The notes beneath the pieces were generated by a model. That model ran no database searches, was not told the origin of the DNA, and saw nothing but the letters and a program-made list of their open reading frames with translations. Position numbers and translations under genes: made by a program. Below are positions 1-9,500 of a stretch of DNA of 64,000 bases, piece after piece (positions within the stretch are counted from its first letter, which is position 1; each line of letters opens with the position of its first letter). The stretch covers positions 13,440 through 77,439 of the forward strand of contig BTVV01000018.1 of the NCBI GenBank assembly GCA_045863855.1. Reading direction: 5' to 3'. This DNA comes from Planctomycetota bacterium (lineage in GTDB: Bacteria; Planctomycetota; SZUA-567; H5-PLA8).

Positions 1-237
1 CAAGTCTTTCAAGCCGACGGACCTTCCGCTGCGCTCGGTCATCTGGAAATCCATGACCTCGGACAGTATCGGAAGCGGCTGAGGCCGTTCGGGCGCGACG
101 GCCTTCGCGTCGCCGGGCGGCGATTTGCGCGCTTGGGTAAGCGCGACGACCACCAGTAGCGCCACGGGGAGGCCGGCAAGAAAGATCAGGAAAAATTTAT
201 TGAGCGCCGGCTGGGACGCCGATTCGGCGGTACTCAT
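1..237 (-). CDS. SCO/SenC-family copper chaperone, N-terminal part (runs off window edge)
   Basis: Manual translation MSTAESASQPALNKFFLIFLAGLPVALLVVVALTQ...PLPILSEVMDFQMTERSGRSVGLKDL: N-terminal TM anchor followed by the typical SCO 'DF.LTERSG..V...DL' start. The ATG overlaps the permease stop (ATGA). Lies in a heme A/O operon. The CxxxC motif is outside the window. Confidence 0.7.
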   Translation of the reverse strand, partial: MSTAESASQPALNKFFLIFLAGLPVALLVVVALTQARKSPPGDAKAVAPERPQPLPILSEVMDFQMTERSGRSVGLKDL

Positions 238-1049
238 GCCAGATCTCCTGCCACGCGCCGGCCCGCGATCTTGTACGAAAGCGCGAACATGACCAGGGCG
301 AACGCAACGGTGACCCCCAGCGCCAGCTCCGGCCCGGGCACGCCGGGGGCCGAAGACTTGGCCGGGTCGAGGTACAGCGCGTGGCGCGTCAGCGCCATGC
401 CGTAGGTGAGCGGGTTAAGCTGGATCGTCCAGTACAGCCACGCCGGCGCGCCGGCCGCCGGAAAAAACGCACCCGAGAGGAGCCACATCGGCAGCATCAG
501 CACGCTGATCACTGCATGGAACCCCTGCGTCGATTCCATGCGCCAAGCGAAGATGAATCCCAATCCCGTCAGCGCGAACGACAGGAGCAGCATGACGCCG
601 AAGAGCGCCGCGACATTCGCCGGCGTGAACGCGATGTCCTGTGTCAGTCCCAGCAGCAGAAAAATCGCGCCTTGCAGCGTCGCCAGGAGCATTCCGCCCA
701 CCAGTTTGCCCATAACCATCGCCCCGCGCGAGACCGGTGCGACCAGCACGCCTTGCAGGAAACCCTCACGGCGGTCTTCGATCACGCTCACCGTCGCGAA
801 GATGGCCGTGAAGAGCAGGATCATCACCACGATACCGGGGAAGAAGTATTCGGCGTAACCAACACCCGCGGCGCCCACGTCGGGCCGGAAGCTGGCGCTC
901 AAGCCGGCGCCGAACAGGGCCCAGAAAATCACCGGCTGCAGGAACGCCCCGGTCACGCGGTTGCGCTGGCGAAAGAAACGGACCAGTTCGCGCCAGGCCA
1001 GCGTATAGACGCTCAGCGCGAAATGTCCGGTGGCGGCGGCTTGGGCCAT
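234..1049 (-). CDS. ABC-2 type transporter permease
   Basis: About 6 TM helices; 'DRREGFLQGVLVAPVSR', 'LSGAFFP' and 'NPLTY' motifs of ABC-2 permeases; adjacent to an ATPase. Confidence 0.92.
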   Translation of the reverse strand: MAQAAATGHFALSVYTLAWRELVRFFRQRNRVTGAFLQPVIFWALFGAGLSASFRPDVGAAGVGYAEYFFPGIVVMILLFTAIFATVSVIEDRREGFLQGVLVAPVSRGAMVMGKLVGGMLLATLQGAIFLLLGLTQDIAFTPANVAALFGVMLLLSFALTGLGFIFAWRMESTQGFHAVISVLMLPMWLLSGAFFPAAGAPAWLYWTIQLNPLTYGMALTRHALYLDPAKSSAPGVPGPELALGVTVAFALVMFALSYKIAGRRVAGDLA

Positions 1050-1050
1050 C

Positions 1051-2076
1051 TCAGCGCCCCTTCTGCTTGGACTTATCTTTGGAGGCCGCGTCCGTTTCGG
1101 CCTGCGCTTCCCAGAATCGATGCCCGGTCAGGCGGATGAAGACGTCTTCCAGCGTGGGCCGGCCCACGCGGACCGCTTCGATCTGTCCCGGGAATGCCTC
1201 GGCCAGTTCGGCCACGAAGCGCGGCCCGTCCGTACGTTCGATCCGCACCACCCCGTCCACAACTTGCGGCGAAACGCCGAAGCGTTCCTGCACCCGCGCC
1301 GCGAACCCTTCGGGCTCACGCACGTTCACGCTCACCACTTCCCCGCCGATCCGTGCCTTTAGCGCATCGGGCGTATCCAGCGCCGCGAGCTTGCCTTGGC
1401 ACAAGAGCGCGAGGCGGTCGCAATTCTCCGCCTCCTCCATCAAATGCGTGGTGAGCAGGCAGGTGACGCCTTCGCGGCTGAGCGACCGCAGGTACGTCAT
1501 CAAGTCGCGCCGCGCACCGGGGTCCAGGCCCGTCGATGGTTCGTCGAGGATCAGCACGTCAGGCTCGTGCAGGAGCCCCTTGGCCAGTTCGACGCGGCGG
1601 CGCTGCCCGCCGCTGAGCGTCTCGGTGCGTTCGTTCGCGCGGTCGAGCAGCCCTACGCGGTCCAGAAGTTTGCGGCAGCGTTCCTTGAGATCCGCGCCGT
1701 GCAGCCCGTACAAGTGGCCGTGGTGGATCAAGTTTTCCTGTGCGGTCAGTTTCTTATCCAGGCTCGGGGCCTGGAAGACGACGCCGATGCGGTGGCGCAC
1801 GGCAAAGGTCTCGCGCACCAGATCTTTTCCAAGAATCGAGAGCGTGCCGCTTTGAGGAGGAATCAGCGTCGAGAGCACCCGGAAGAGCGTCGTCTTGCCG
1901 CTTCCGTTGGGTCCCAACAGGCCAAAGATCTCGCCGCGCGGCACGGAGAAGCTCACGCCGTCCAGCGCCACGCGATCGCCGTAACGAAAGGTCACGCCGG
2001 AGACCTCGACGGCCGTGCCGGCGCCGCTGGCGGCGGCCGTGGCAGTTGCGGGATGCGTCGTCGCGCTAGAAGCCAT
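1051..2076 (-). CDS. ABC transporter ATP-binding protein (DrrA/CcmA-like)
   Basis: Walker A GPNGSGKT, signature LSGGQ, Walker B LILDEP, H-loop TTH. Confidence 0.95.
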   Translation of the reverse strand: MASSATTHPATATAAASGAGTAVEVSGVTFRYGDRVALDGVSFSVPRGEIFGLLGPNGSGKTTLFRVLSTLIPPQSGTLSILGKDLVRETFAVRHRIGVVFQAPSLDKKLTAQENLIHHGHLYGLHGADLKERCRKLLDRVGLLDRANERTETLSGGQRRRVELAKGLLHEPDVLILDEPSTGLDPGARRDLMTYLRSLSREGVTCLLTTHLMEEAENCDRLALLCQGKLAALDTPDALKARIGGEVVSVNVREPEGFAARVQERFGVSPQVVDGVVRIERTDGPRFVAELAEAFPGQIEAVRVGRPTLEDVFIRLTGHRFWEAQAETDAASKDKSKQKGR

Positions 2077-2977
2077 GCGGATACGGATCCCAGAACATCA
2101 GGCCCAGGAGCAGCGGCAAGTAGATGACGGAAGCGAGGAACAACCGCCGCGCCGCGCGGTCGCTGCGTCGCACCGCGAAGTTCACCGCCGCGGCGAAGAA
2201 CAGAATCGAGAGCAAGCCCGCTCCGGCGGCGTAGCCCAGGCCCGTCAGGCCAAAGGCGGACGGCATGCAGGCGACGGGAATCAGGCCGAAGCTGTACAGC
2301 GCCGCGCGCAGTCCGGTGCTTTTACCGTCGGGCTCGACCACCGGAAGCATCTTGAAGCCCCCGCGCGCGTAGTCGGCGCGGTAGAGCCACGCAATGGCGA
2401 AGAAGTGCGGCATCTGCCAGAGAAAGACGATGGCGAAGAGCGTCCCTGCGGCGCCGTCGAGCTTCCCCGCGGCGGCCCAGCCGATCAGAGGCGGTAGCGC
2501 GCCCGGAAACGCGCCCACCAGCGTGTTCAGCGGGGTGATCCGCTTCAGCGGCGTATACAGAAACAAGTACAGCACCCAAGTCAGCACGGCCAGTCCGGCG
2601 CAAACGGTATTGGTCGTCAGGTAGAGGTAGGCGCTGCCGAAGATGGAGATGCTCAAGCCTAAACAAAGCGCGGTTCGAGGTCCCAAACGCCCCGCGGCCA
2701 GCGGGCGCTGCTCGGTACGCGTCATGCGCGCGTCGAAATCGCGTTCGCGGACTTGATTGAGGATGCTGCTGCCCGAAGCGACCAGCAGTATCCCGATCAA
2801 TGCGTGCAGGAGCAGCCACGGTTCGACGGCGCCGGGCGCACCCAGGAAGAATCCGGCGGCCGCGGCCATCAGGACCAGCCCGTTCAGGCGCGGCTTGGTC
2901 AGCGCCGCCAAGTCGCGCAAGCGTAAGCGCCACGTAGGCGCGGGAGGAGCGTTCAGCACGATCACCTCGCCGCTCAT
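2066..2977 (-). CDS. ctaB: Heme o synthase (protoheme IX farnesyltransferase)
   Basis: LTKPR, 'NQVRERDFDARMTRTEQRPL', 'YTPLKR', 'GALPPLIGW' and 'WQMPHF' motifs of UbiA/CyoE. Confidence 0.95.
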   Translation of the reverse strand: MSGEVIVLNAPPAPTWRLRLRDLAALTKPRLNGLVLMAAAAGFFLGAPGAVEPWLLLHALIGILLVASGSSILNQVRERDFDARMTRTEQRPLAAGRLGPRTALCLGLSISIFGSAYLYLTTNTVCAGLAVLTWVLYLFLYTPLKRITPLNTLVGAFPGALPPLIGWAAAGKLDGAAGTLFAIVFLWQMPHFFAIAWLYRADYARGGFKMLPVVEPDGKSTGLRAALYSFGLIPVACMPSAFGLTGLGYAAGAGLLSILFFAAAVNFAVRRSDRAARRLFLASVIYLPLLLGLMFWDPYPHGF

Positions 2978-4122
2978 CGCGAACCTCCCGCCAGCGCCGG
3001 GGCGGCCTCGGCGCCCGCGGATTCGGCGCCTGCGGCAGGCAAGAGCCTATGCGCGCGAAGGGTAAAACACACGGCACTCACCAGCGTCAATCCGCCCACC
3101 GCCACGTGCGCAGTGGCGATCGCTTCTTTCAAGCTATTCGGCGCGTAACCAGCCGGCGTAATCAAACGGTAGATCATGATCCCCACGCCCAGGGCGACTT
3201 GAAGACCGAGCAGCCCGCCCACGGCAAAGGCCGGGCGCGTCAGCGCCTTATTTTCCGGATACCTCTTGAGCGTCTGGACCAGGACGCGCGCAACCGTATG
3301 CGCCACGAACAGGAAGCCCGCGAGATGCGAGCCCAGATGCCACCAGAATTGGGTCTGGTTCTCGCCCTGCGGATCGTAGGGCGTGTGCCGAACGGACGTG
3401 CCCAGCAGAATCTGGAGGTAAATTGCCCCAATCATCCAAGCGCCGAGACGGCGTAGCGGTTTGCGCACTTCGTTCGCGTGCCGTGAAGCCAATGGTTGCA
3501 TTTCGAACCACTCTGGAGCGAGCAGCATCGTCAGCGCCGCAAGCAGGCCGAAAAACGCCTGCGCCAGCCCGCCGTGCGCCGAACTAATCAGAGGCGGGAG
3601 CTGGTACAGCACAGTCAGACCGCCCAGCAGCGCCTGCACGACTACGGCCAGCAGCGCGCATACGGCCAGTTTCTTCACGCTTGGCCGCTTATCGGTTTCC
3701 CAGACTACCGCGGCAAGAATGAACATCAAAAAGCCCACGGTGCCGGCGATCAGGCGGTGGCCGTGTTCCGCGCGCACGCTGGAAATGCGGTACCAGTCGG
3801 GCGCCGGACCGAACAGGTAGTAGGTTCCCGCCAGCAGGCAACCCGAAGCGATGGCGGCGATGGCAAAGAAGCGCGCGCGCGTCGCCAGCCACGTCATGCC
3901 CAACGCCGCGGTCAGCACCAAAAGCCCCAGCGCGATGCTCGACTTCGGCTGCCCGTAACTGAGCGGCCAGTCTGGAACCGAAAGTCCGGCTTCAATGCTT
4001 TTAACCAGTCCGCCGAAGCAGATCAGCACAAACGTGAGTCCCAGCGTCACGCGCGCCAAGTAGCGCACCCCTGGGGGGGGAGGCGCGGGCGGCGCGAGAG
4101 ATGATACTTCGGCTGCATCCAT
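2974..4122 (-). CDS. ctaA: Heme A synthase (CtaA/COX15), cysteine-less loop variant with an insertion
   Basis: GL.VPDWP, EHGHR, QALLGGLTV, AHGGLAQ, QILLG..VRH and TAHVAVG motifs; overlaps the ctaB start. Confidence 0.88.
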   Translation of the reverse strand: MDAAEVSSLAPPAPPPPGVRYLARVTLGLTFVLICFGGLVKSIEAGLSVPDWPLSYGQPKSSIALGLLVLTAALGMTWLATRARFFAIAAIASGCLLAGTYYLFGPAPDWYRISSVRAEHGHRLIAGTVGFLMFILAAVVWETDKRPSVKKLAVCALLAVVVQALLGGLTVLYQLPPLISSAHGGLAQAFFGLLAALTMLLAPEWFEMQPLASRHANEVRKPLRRLGAWMIGAIYLQILLGTSVRHTPYDPQGENQTQFWWHLGSHLAGFLFVAHTVARVLVQTLKRYPENKALTRPAFAVGGLLGLQVALGVGIMIYRLITPAGYAPNSLKEAIATAHVAVGGLTLVSAVCFTLRAHRLLPAAGAESAGAEAAPALAGGSR

Positions 4123-4131
4123 GAAATCGAA

Positions 4132-4154
4132 CGCCCCGCGTTAGGCGCGGGGCG
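4132..4154 (-). terminator. GC-rich hairpin between the cupredoxin-like gene and ctaA
   Basis: cgccccgcg-ttagg-cgcggggcg is a perfect 9-bp stem with only a weak U tract; may be an mRNA-stability or partial-termination element. Confidence 0.45.
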
Positions 4155-4186
4155 ATCCTTTTGGAGGTAATTAACCGGCCGTTCCG

Positions 4187-5062
4187 TTACTTCGCGGGGA
4201 AGACGATCTCGACCGCTTTGCTCTCGCCGTCCGCGACTTCCACTTCGACGCTCTTCGTCTTGAGCTTTTCGTGCCACGCCGTCACGGTGTATTTTCCGGG
4301 CGGCAGCTTCGGCAACGCGAATTTGCCGTCTTTCTCGGTAACCGCGCTCAGGTTGTGCGGCAGGACTCGCGCATAACCGCTCATCCAAGGATGGACGTTG
4401 CAGACCAGCTTCGCCACGCCCTGATCTTCCAGCTTCTTGATATCTGTCTTGCCGGGCGTCTGGCTGATGTTAAAGAGCGCCGAACCGTCCTGCGTGCAGT
4501 TGATGTTATGCAGCGTCGGATCGCTGTTCTTCAGTTCGACAGGCTGGCCGGTCTGAATCGCCACCACGTGCGGAAGGTACTTACAGCCCTTTTGGTCGAT
4601 GACTGCCGCCGCGGACGGCGTAGGAAAGCTGTACTTCTCGACGCCCTTGCTGATGTAAATCACGCAGTTAGCCAGTTCGTTGTTCTCGCCCGTAATCACG
4701 GTCTCGAAAAGCATGTCCTCGCCTTTGCACTTCGGGTCGGCGCTCATGTCGATTTTGCGCATCTTTTCGCCCGGCCCGTCGAGCTTCACCACGCCGGTCA
4801 CCGTGGCCGTGGCCTGAGCCGTTGGGTACGGCTCGTTGCCCGTCTGCACCAAACTGCTTTCGCCCGATCCTTCGGAACCGCTGCCTTCGTCGGTTTTAGC
4901 CGCAACGCCACCGCCGGCCTTCTTGGTACGCGGCGGTTTCACCTCGCCGCCGCAGCCCGAAAGCGCGACTAGACTCAGCGCCAAAAACGCCGTGGCCAAG
5001 AAACCTAAGCACCAAGATGCCTTCACACTCGCCTCCCTTTCGAAGACTTTATCGAGACCCAA
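4187..5062 (-). CDS. Lipoprotein with cupredoxin-like and carboxypeptidase-regulatory-like domains
   Basis: Lipobox ALSGC; DQKGCKYLPHV, NSDPTLHNI, CNVHPWM, GKYTVTAWHE. True start is probably the GTG near 5026. Confidence 0.75.
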   Translation of the reverse strand: MGLDKVFEREASVKASWCLGFLATAFLALSLVALSGCGGEVKPPRTKKAGGGVAAKTDEGSGSEGSGESSLVQTGNEPYPTAQATATVTGVVKLDGPGEKMRKIDMSADPKCKGEDMLFETVITGENNELANCVIYISKGVEKYSFPTPSAAAVIDQKGCKYLPHVVAIQTGQPVELKNSDPTLHNINCTQDGSALFNISQTPGKTDIKKLEDQGVAKLVCNVHPWMSGYARVLPHNLSAVTEKDGKFALPKLPPGKYTVTAWHEKLKTKSVEVEVADGESKAVEIVFPAK

Positions 5063-5695
5063 AACTCACGTGTGCGCCAAGCTTGTCCACGATTGAATGG
5101 GCAACGCCGACGCGTAACGCTAAGTGCTTCCGCAATTTGCCGATGGATGCAACCGAGGGCGTTCTACTGAACCCCCTGGGCAGTGTCAAACCGGATTCAA
5201 CCGCCACGCACCCACTCCTGTGAGAGCAACTGCCCGTCCAGTCATCGCGCCAGCCCATGAGCGGCCGTGTGTTTAGCTTCTTAGTGTATATGTAAAATAG
5301 AGTTATACGAATCGCCATGCGGTTGATACGCCAGTCGAGGCCCCCCACACGCGGGCTGCTCCGTAACGCCAGGGAGCAATTTGTAGCACGGTGAGTTTCG
5401 GTCGGCGGCAAGCCGTGGAAATGCACTTCGTGCGCAGCTGTAATGCACGGCGGTTCGCGGTCGGGCCTAAAGTTTGCAGCATCTATAGGAGGATGCTGGG
5501 CTTGCGGCCATAGTGTGGCGATCGCGCGCAAGCGTGTACCCTCTGGGAACGCGCAAATGCGTCGTCTGCTGTTGACCGTTTCGGAGCGTTCGTTACAGTC
5601 GCTGCAAGTCCTGCACGTACATGATCCGAAGCGGCCTTGGCCTCCCAGCTACCTGGATGCCGGGCTTGATGTTGCATGAAGGGGATACGCCAACC

Positions 5696-6526
5696 ATGGC
5701 GGACACACCAGAGCAACCAGCCGACTCCCAAGAACCCAGGCCCAGCGCCGAAGGCACGCCTGCGCCGGCTCCCGATGCCGCCGCTCAGGCACCGGAAGCG
5801 GCTGCGGGCGACGAAGAAAAGAAAGAGCCTGCGGCCGAAGCGCCCAAACCGGCGGCCGCGGCCAAACCGGCTCCGGCGAAGCCAGCACCCAAGCCCGCCG
5901 CCGCGAAGGCGCCGCTCGATCCGGCCGCCGCCGAAGCCGCCAAGAAAGCCGCGGCAGCGAAACTCGCCGCAGCCAAGGCGAAAGCGAAGGCCAAAGCCGA
6001 AGACCTGCCGCCGCCCGTCGAACTGACGACGCGCCGGTCGTTCATGACTTGGGGCATGGCGGCGTGGGTGATCTTCTTCGGCTGGCTGGGCGGCGTTGCG
6101 CATCTGTGCCTGCGCTTCATGTTCCCGCGCGTGCTGTACGAGAAAGATCCCAAATTCCGCGTGGGCAAGAAGACCGACTTCCCCGAGTTGGGCAAGGTTT
6201 ACGAACTCTATAAGGAATCCCAAGGCGTCTGGCTGGTGAGGTTGACGGAAGAGGGCGAGGACCATTTGGTGGTGCTCTCGACGGTCTGCACGCATCTGGG
6301 CTGCACGCCGAATTGGCTGGAAGCCGAAGCGAAGTTCAAATGCCCGTGCCACGGTTCGGGCTTTTACCGCAGCGGGGTGAACTTCGAAGGCCCCGCGCCG
6401 CGCCCGCTGGAGCGCCATAAAATTTACGTGGATGCGGCCGGCGACGTCATCGTGGACAAGTCGGTGATGTTCCGCCAAGACCTGGGCCAGTGGGGACAGG
6501 CGGGTTCATTCGTAAAAATGGCCTGA
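5696..6526 (+). CDS. Rieske 2Fe-2S protein (QcrA/PetC-like) with Ala/Pro/Lys-rich N-terminal extension
   Basis: CTHLGC and CPCHGSGF boxes, GPAPRPL, Tat-like TTRRSFM followed by a TM helix. Start moved to ATG 5696, downstream of GAAGGGG. Confidence 0.93.
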   Translation: MADTPEQPADSQEPRPSAEGTPAPAPDAAAQAPEAAAGDEEKKEPAAEAPKPAAAAKPAPAKPAPKPAAAKAPLDPAAAEAAKKAAAAKLAAAKAKAKAKAEDLPPPVELTTRRSFMTWGMAAWVIFFGWLGGVAHLCLRFMFPRVLYEKDPKFRVGKKTDFPELGKVYELYKESQGVWLVRLTEEGEDHLVVLSTVCTHLGCTPNWLEAEAKFKCPCHGSGFYRSGVNFEGPAPRPLERHKIYVDAAGDVIVDKSVMFRQDLGQWGQAGSFVKMA

Positions 6527-6572
6527 TGCCGCGGACGTACCTTTTCGAGCCGATTCGCGACCGAGGAAGACC

Positions 6573-9500
6573 ATGGGCAAGAAGTCCGAATTACCTTCGA
6601 TCGTTCCGCATCACATCGCGTTCGCCGCGGGCTGCAGCTTGCTGCTGGCCGCCACGTTCTACGCGTTCGTACAGGATTACTCCGACCGCGAGTACGTGGA
6701 ATACCAGCAGCAGTACCGGCAGCTCGAATACGTCCGCCAGTGGCGCCAGCGCGAGGATGTCGAGGAAGAACTCGGCGTCAACCGCATGCGCCAGCTTGAA
6801 CAGATGCAGAAGGTGCACGAGCTGGAAGGCGCGGAAGCCCAGAACAAACCGAAGCTCGACGAGATTCGCGCGAAGGTGGCCGGAGTCGATGCGCAGCTCC
6901 AGTTGCTCAAGCGGCAGCTCAATTTCGCCGGCACCGACGTGGACGTGCGCAAATACGAGTACACGGCCGCCGCGGAGCCGGACAAGGACGCCAAGCTTGA
7001 AGTGGTCGGCGCACAGCAGAACCTGCGCATGGAGCTTTTCAACAAGGTCGCCGAACTCGAGAAAGAGCGCACTGCGCATTTGGACGAGATCAAACAGATC
7101 GAAGAACCGCTGGTGCGTGCGCGCAAGGAGTTGGCGGCGCTCGTGGCGAAGGAAGAAGAACTGAACCTCGCCTTGAAGCAAACCAAGGGCAATACGGTCA
7201 TCAATGCGTTGCGCGACATGCCCGGCGCCGACTTCATCGGTCCGAAGTACAACCTCAACGACCAGATCATCCTGCGCAACCTGCCGCTGGACGTGAAGTT
7301 CGAACTCACGGCGGCGCGCTACGACCGCTGCATTTCCTGCCACAAGGGCATCTACAATCCCGATCCGATGTACAGCAAGCAGGCGTATGACGAACAGATG
7401 AAGGAGATCGAGAAGCTGGAAGCGGCGGGGAACGAGGCCGAAGCGAAGATCCTGCGGCAGGAACTGGTTCCGGCCGTTATGCGCTCGCACCCGCGTCTGG
7501 ATCTGTTCGTCAACGCCAACAGCCCGCATCCGGCAAAGAGTTTCGGCTGCACGATCTGCCACAAGGGCCGGCCGATGGGCACAAGCTTCATGCGCGCCGC
7601 TCACACGCCGCGCAACGAAGAGCAGAAGCACGAGTGGATCGAGCAGTACGGCTGGTCGGAAATGCACCACCACTTGCCCAGCGTGCCGATGTGGGACGAC
7701 ATGATGCTGCCGATGCAGTACATCGAAGCGTCCTGCAAAAAGTGCCACCAGGGCGTCGACCACGTGCCTCAGGCGGCCAAGCTGAACGCGGGCATGGATC
7801 TCTTCCGCGAACAAGGCTGCGCTAACTGCCATATCGGCGACACGAACAAGGATCTGGCTTGGGTCGGTCGCGTAGGCCCCGACCTGCGCCGCTTGGGCGA
7901 AAAAACCAGCTTCTCCTGGACCGCTCAGTGGATCGAGAACCCCTGGCACTTCCGGCCCGATACCAAGATGCCGCGCTTCTTCGGGCTCGAGAATCGCCGC
8001 GACAGCGGGGATCAGCTTCAGAACGGCCAAGTGGACCGCGAAGCCGTCGAGGTCGATGCGATGGCCACGTACCTGCTTAGCGCCAGCAAGCTGCGCGAAC
8101 GCGCGATTCAGGTCGCGCCCGCGGGCGACACGGCGAAGGGCGAGGCGCTTTTCAAGAGCGTCGGCTGCGTGGGCTGCCACAGCACCGCCCAGGCGCCCAA
8201 GGAGGGCGACCGTTACGCGCACAACGAACACGGTCCGGATCTCAGCCGCATCGGCGAGAAGGTCAGTTCCGGCTGGCTTTACGCATGGCTAAAAAATCCC
8301 CACGAGTATTGGGCCGAATCGCGCATGCCTTCGCTGCGCTTGAGCGATCAGGAAGCCGCCGATATCGCTGCGTACCTGCTGCAATCCATGAAGAAAAGCG
8401 AACCGTTGCGCGGGGGCGAACCGAAGTTCGGCGAAGCGGTGTACGACGAGCTGATCACGAACCTGCTCGAAAACACCACGCCGATGTTCCAGATCAAGCA
8501 ATTCCTGCAGGATCCCGAAGGACTGGTGCGCCGCACGCTGAAGAACAAGGTCAAGTACGTCAACGATGCCGGCACGGATAAGCCGCGCGACAGCGGACAA
8601 GGCGAGTGGACCGAAGCCCAGATCGACGCCGTAATCAAGGCCATGGACAGCATGGCCGGCAGTCCGGCCAAGGCGGCGGTCTACAAGAAGGCGTTTTACG
8701 CCGGCCAAGCGATGATCCAGCAGCACGGCTGTTTCGGCTGCCACAACATCCAAGGCTGGACCTACGCACCGCTCACCTGCGTCAATCTGGACGGCGAAGG
8801 CGACAAGGCGCTGGACCGCTTCGACTTCGGGCTCCACGACCAAGTCGGCATCCCGTACACGCGCTGGGACTGGTTCTATGTGAAACTCACCCGTCCGCGC
8901 GCGTTCGACCGCGGCAAGGAACCGATCCTCAAACCGGCCGACCGTCTGCGCATGCCGTGGTACGGACTTAAACGCGACAGCCTTCCGGCGGCGCATGGGG
9001 CCAAGCCATCGGACGATGGCCACGAACACGGCAAAGACGGCGAACATAAACACGCCGCGACGGAGATCGCTCGGCGCGCGGCGGGCGGAGGCCATGGCCC
9101 GGTCAAGAGCGCCGAAGCGGTGGCGCTGGCCAACGAAGACGAGAGCCGAGAGGGCGGAGCGGGCTTCACGCACGAACAGGTCGAACAACTCGTCACCGCG
9201 TTGCTCAGTTTCACGTCGGAAGCCATACCTCAGGAGATGAAGCGAAAACCCACGCCGCGTGACATCGCGCTGGACCGCGGCGAACGCGTCGTGAATGCAT
9301 TGAATTGCGCCGGTTGCCATCTCATCGGCACGCAGCCCGCACAGCTCCAGACCGATCTTGCCAAGCGCGGACTCCTGCTGCTGGAGGCACTGGTCACGCG
9401 CGAAGCTCAAGGCGCCGCGAAGAACCTCGGCGTCTTCAGCGACGAGGACATTTTCTCTCTTAACGCGCCCGGCATGGACGCACCGGGCTTCCTGCACTTC

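Noticed and set aside
5696..6010. Rieske N-terminal Ala/Pro/Lys tract as a DNA repeat or separate histone-like gene
   Set aside because: It is in frame with the Rieske domain and reads as a low-complexity extension, not a discrete repeat.
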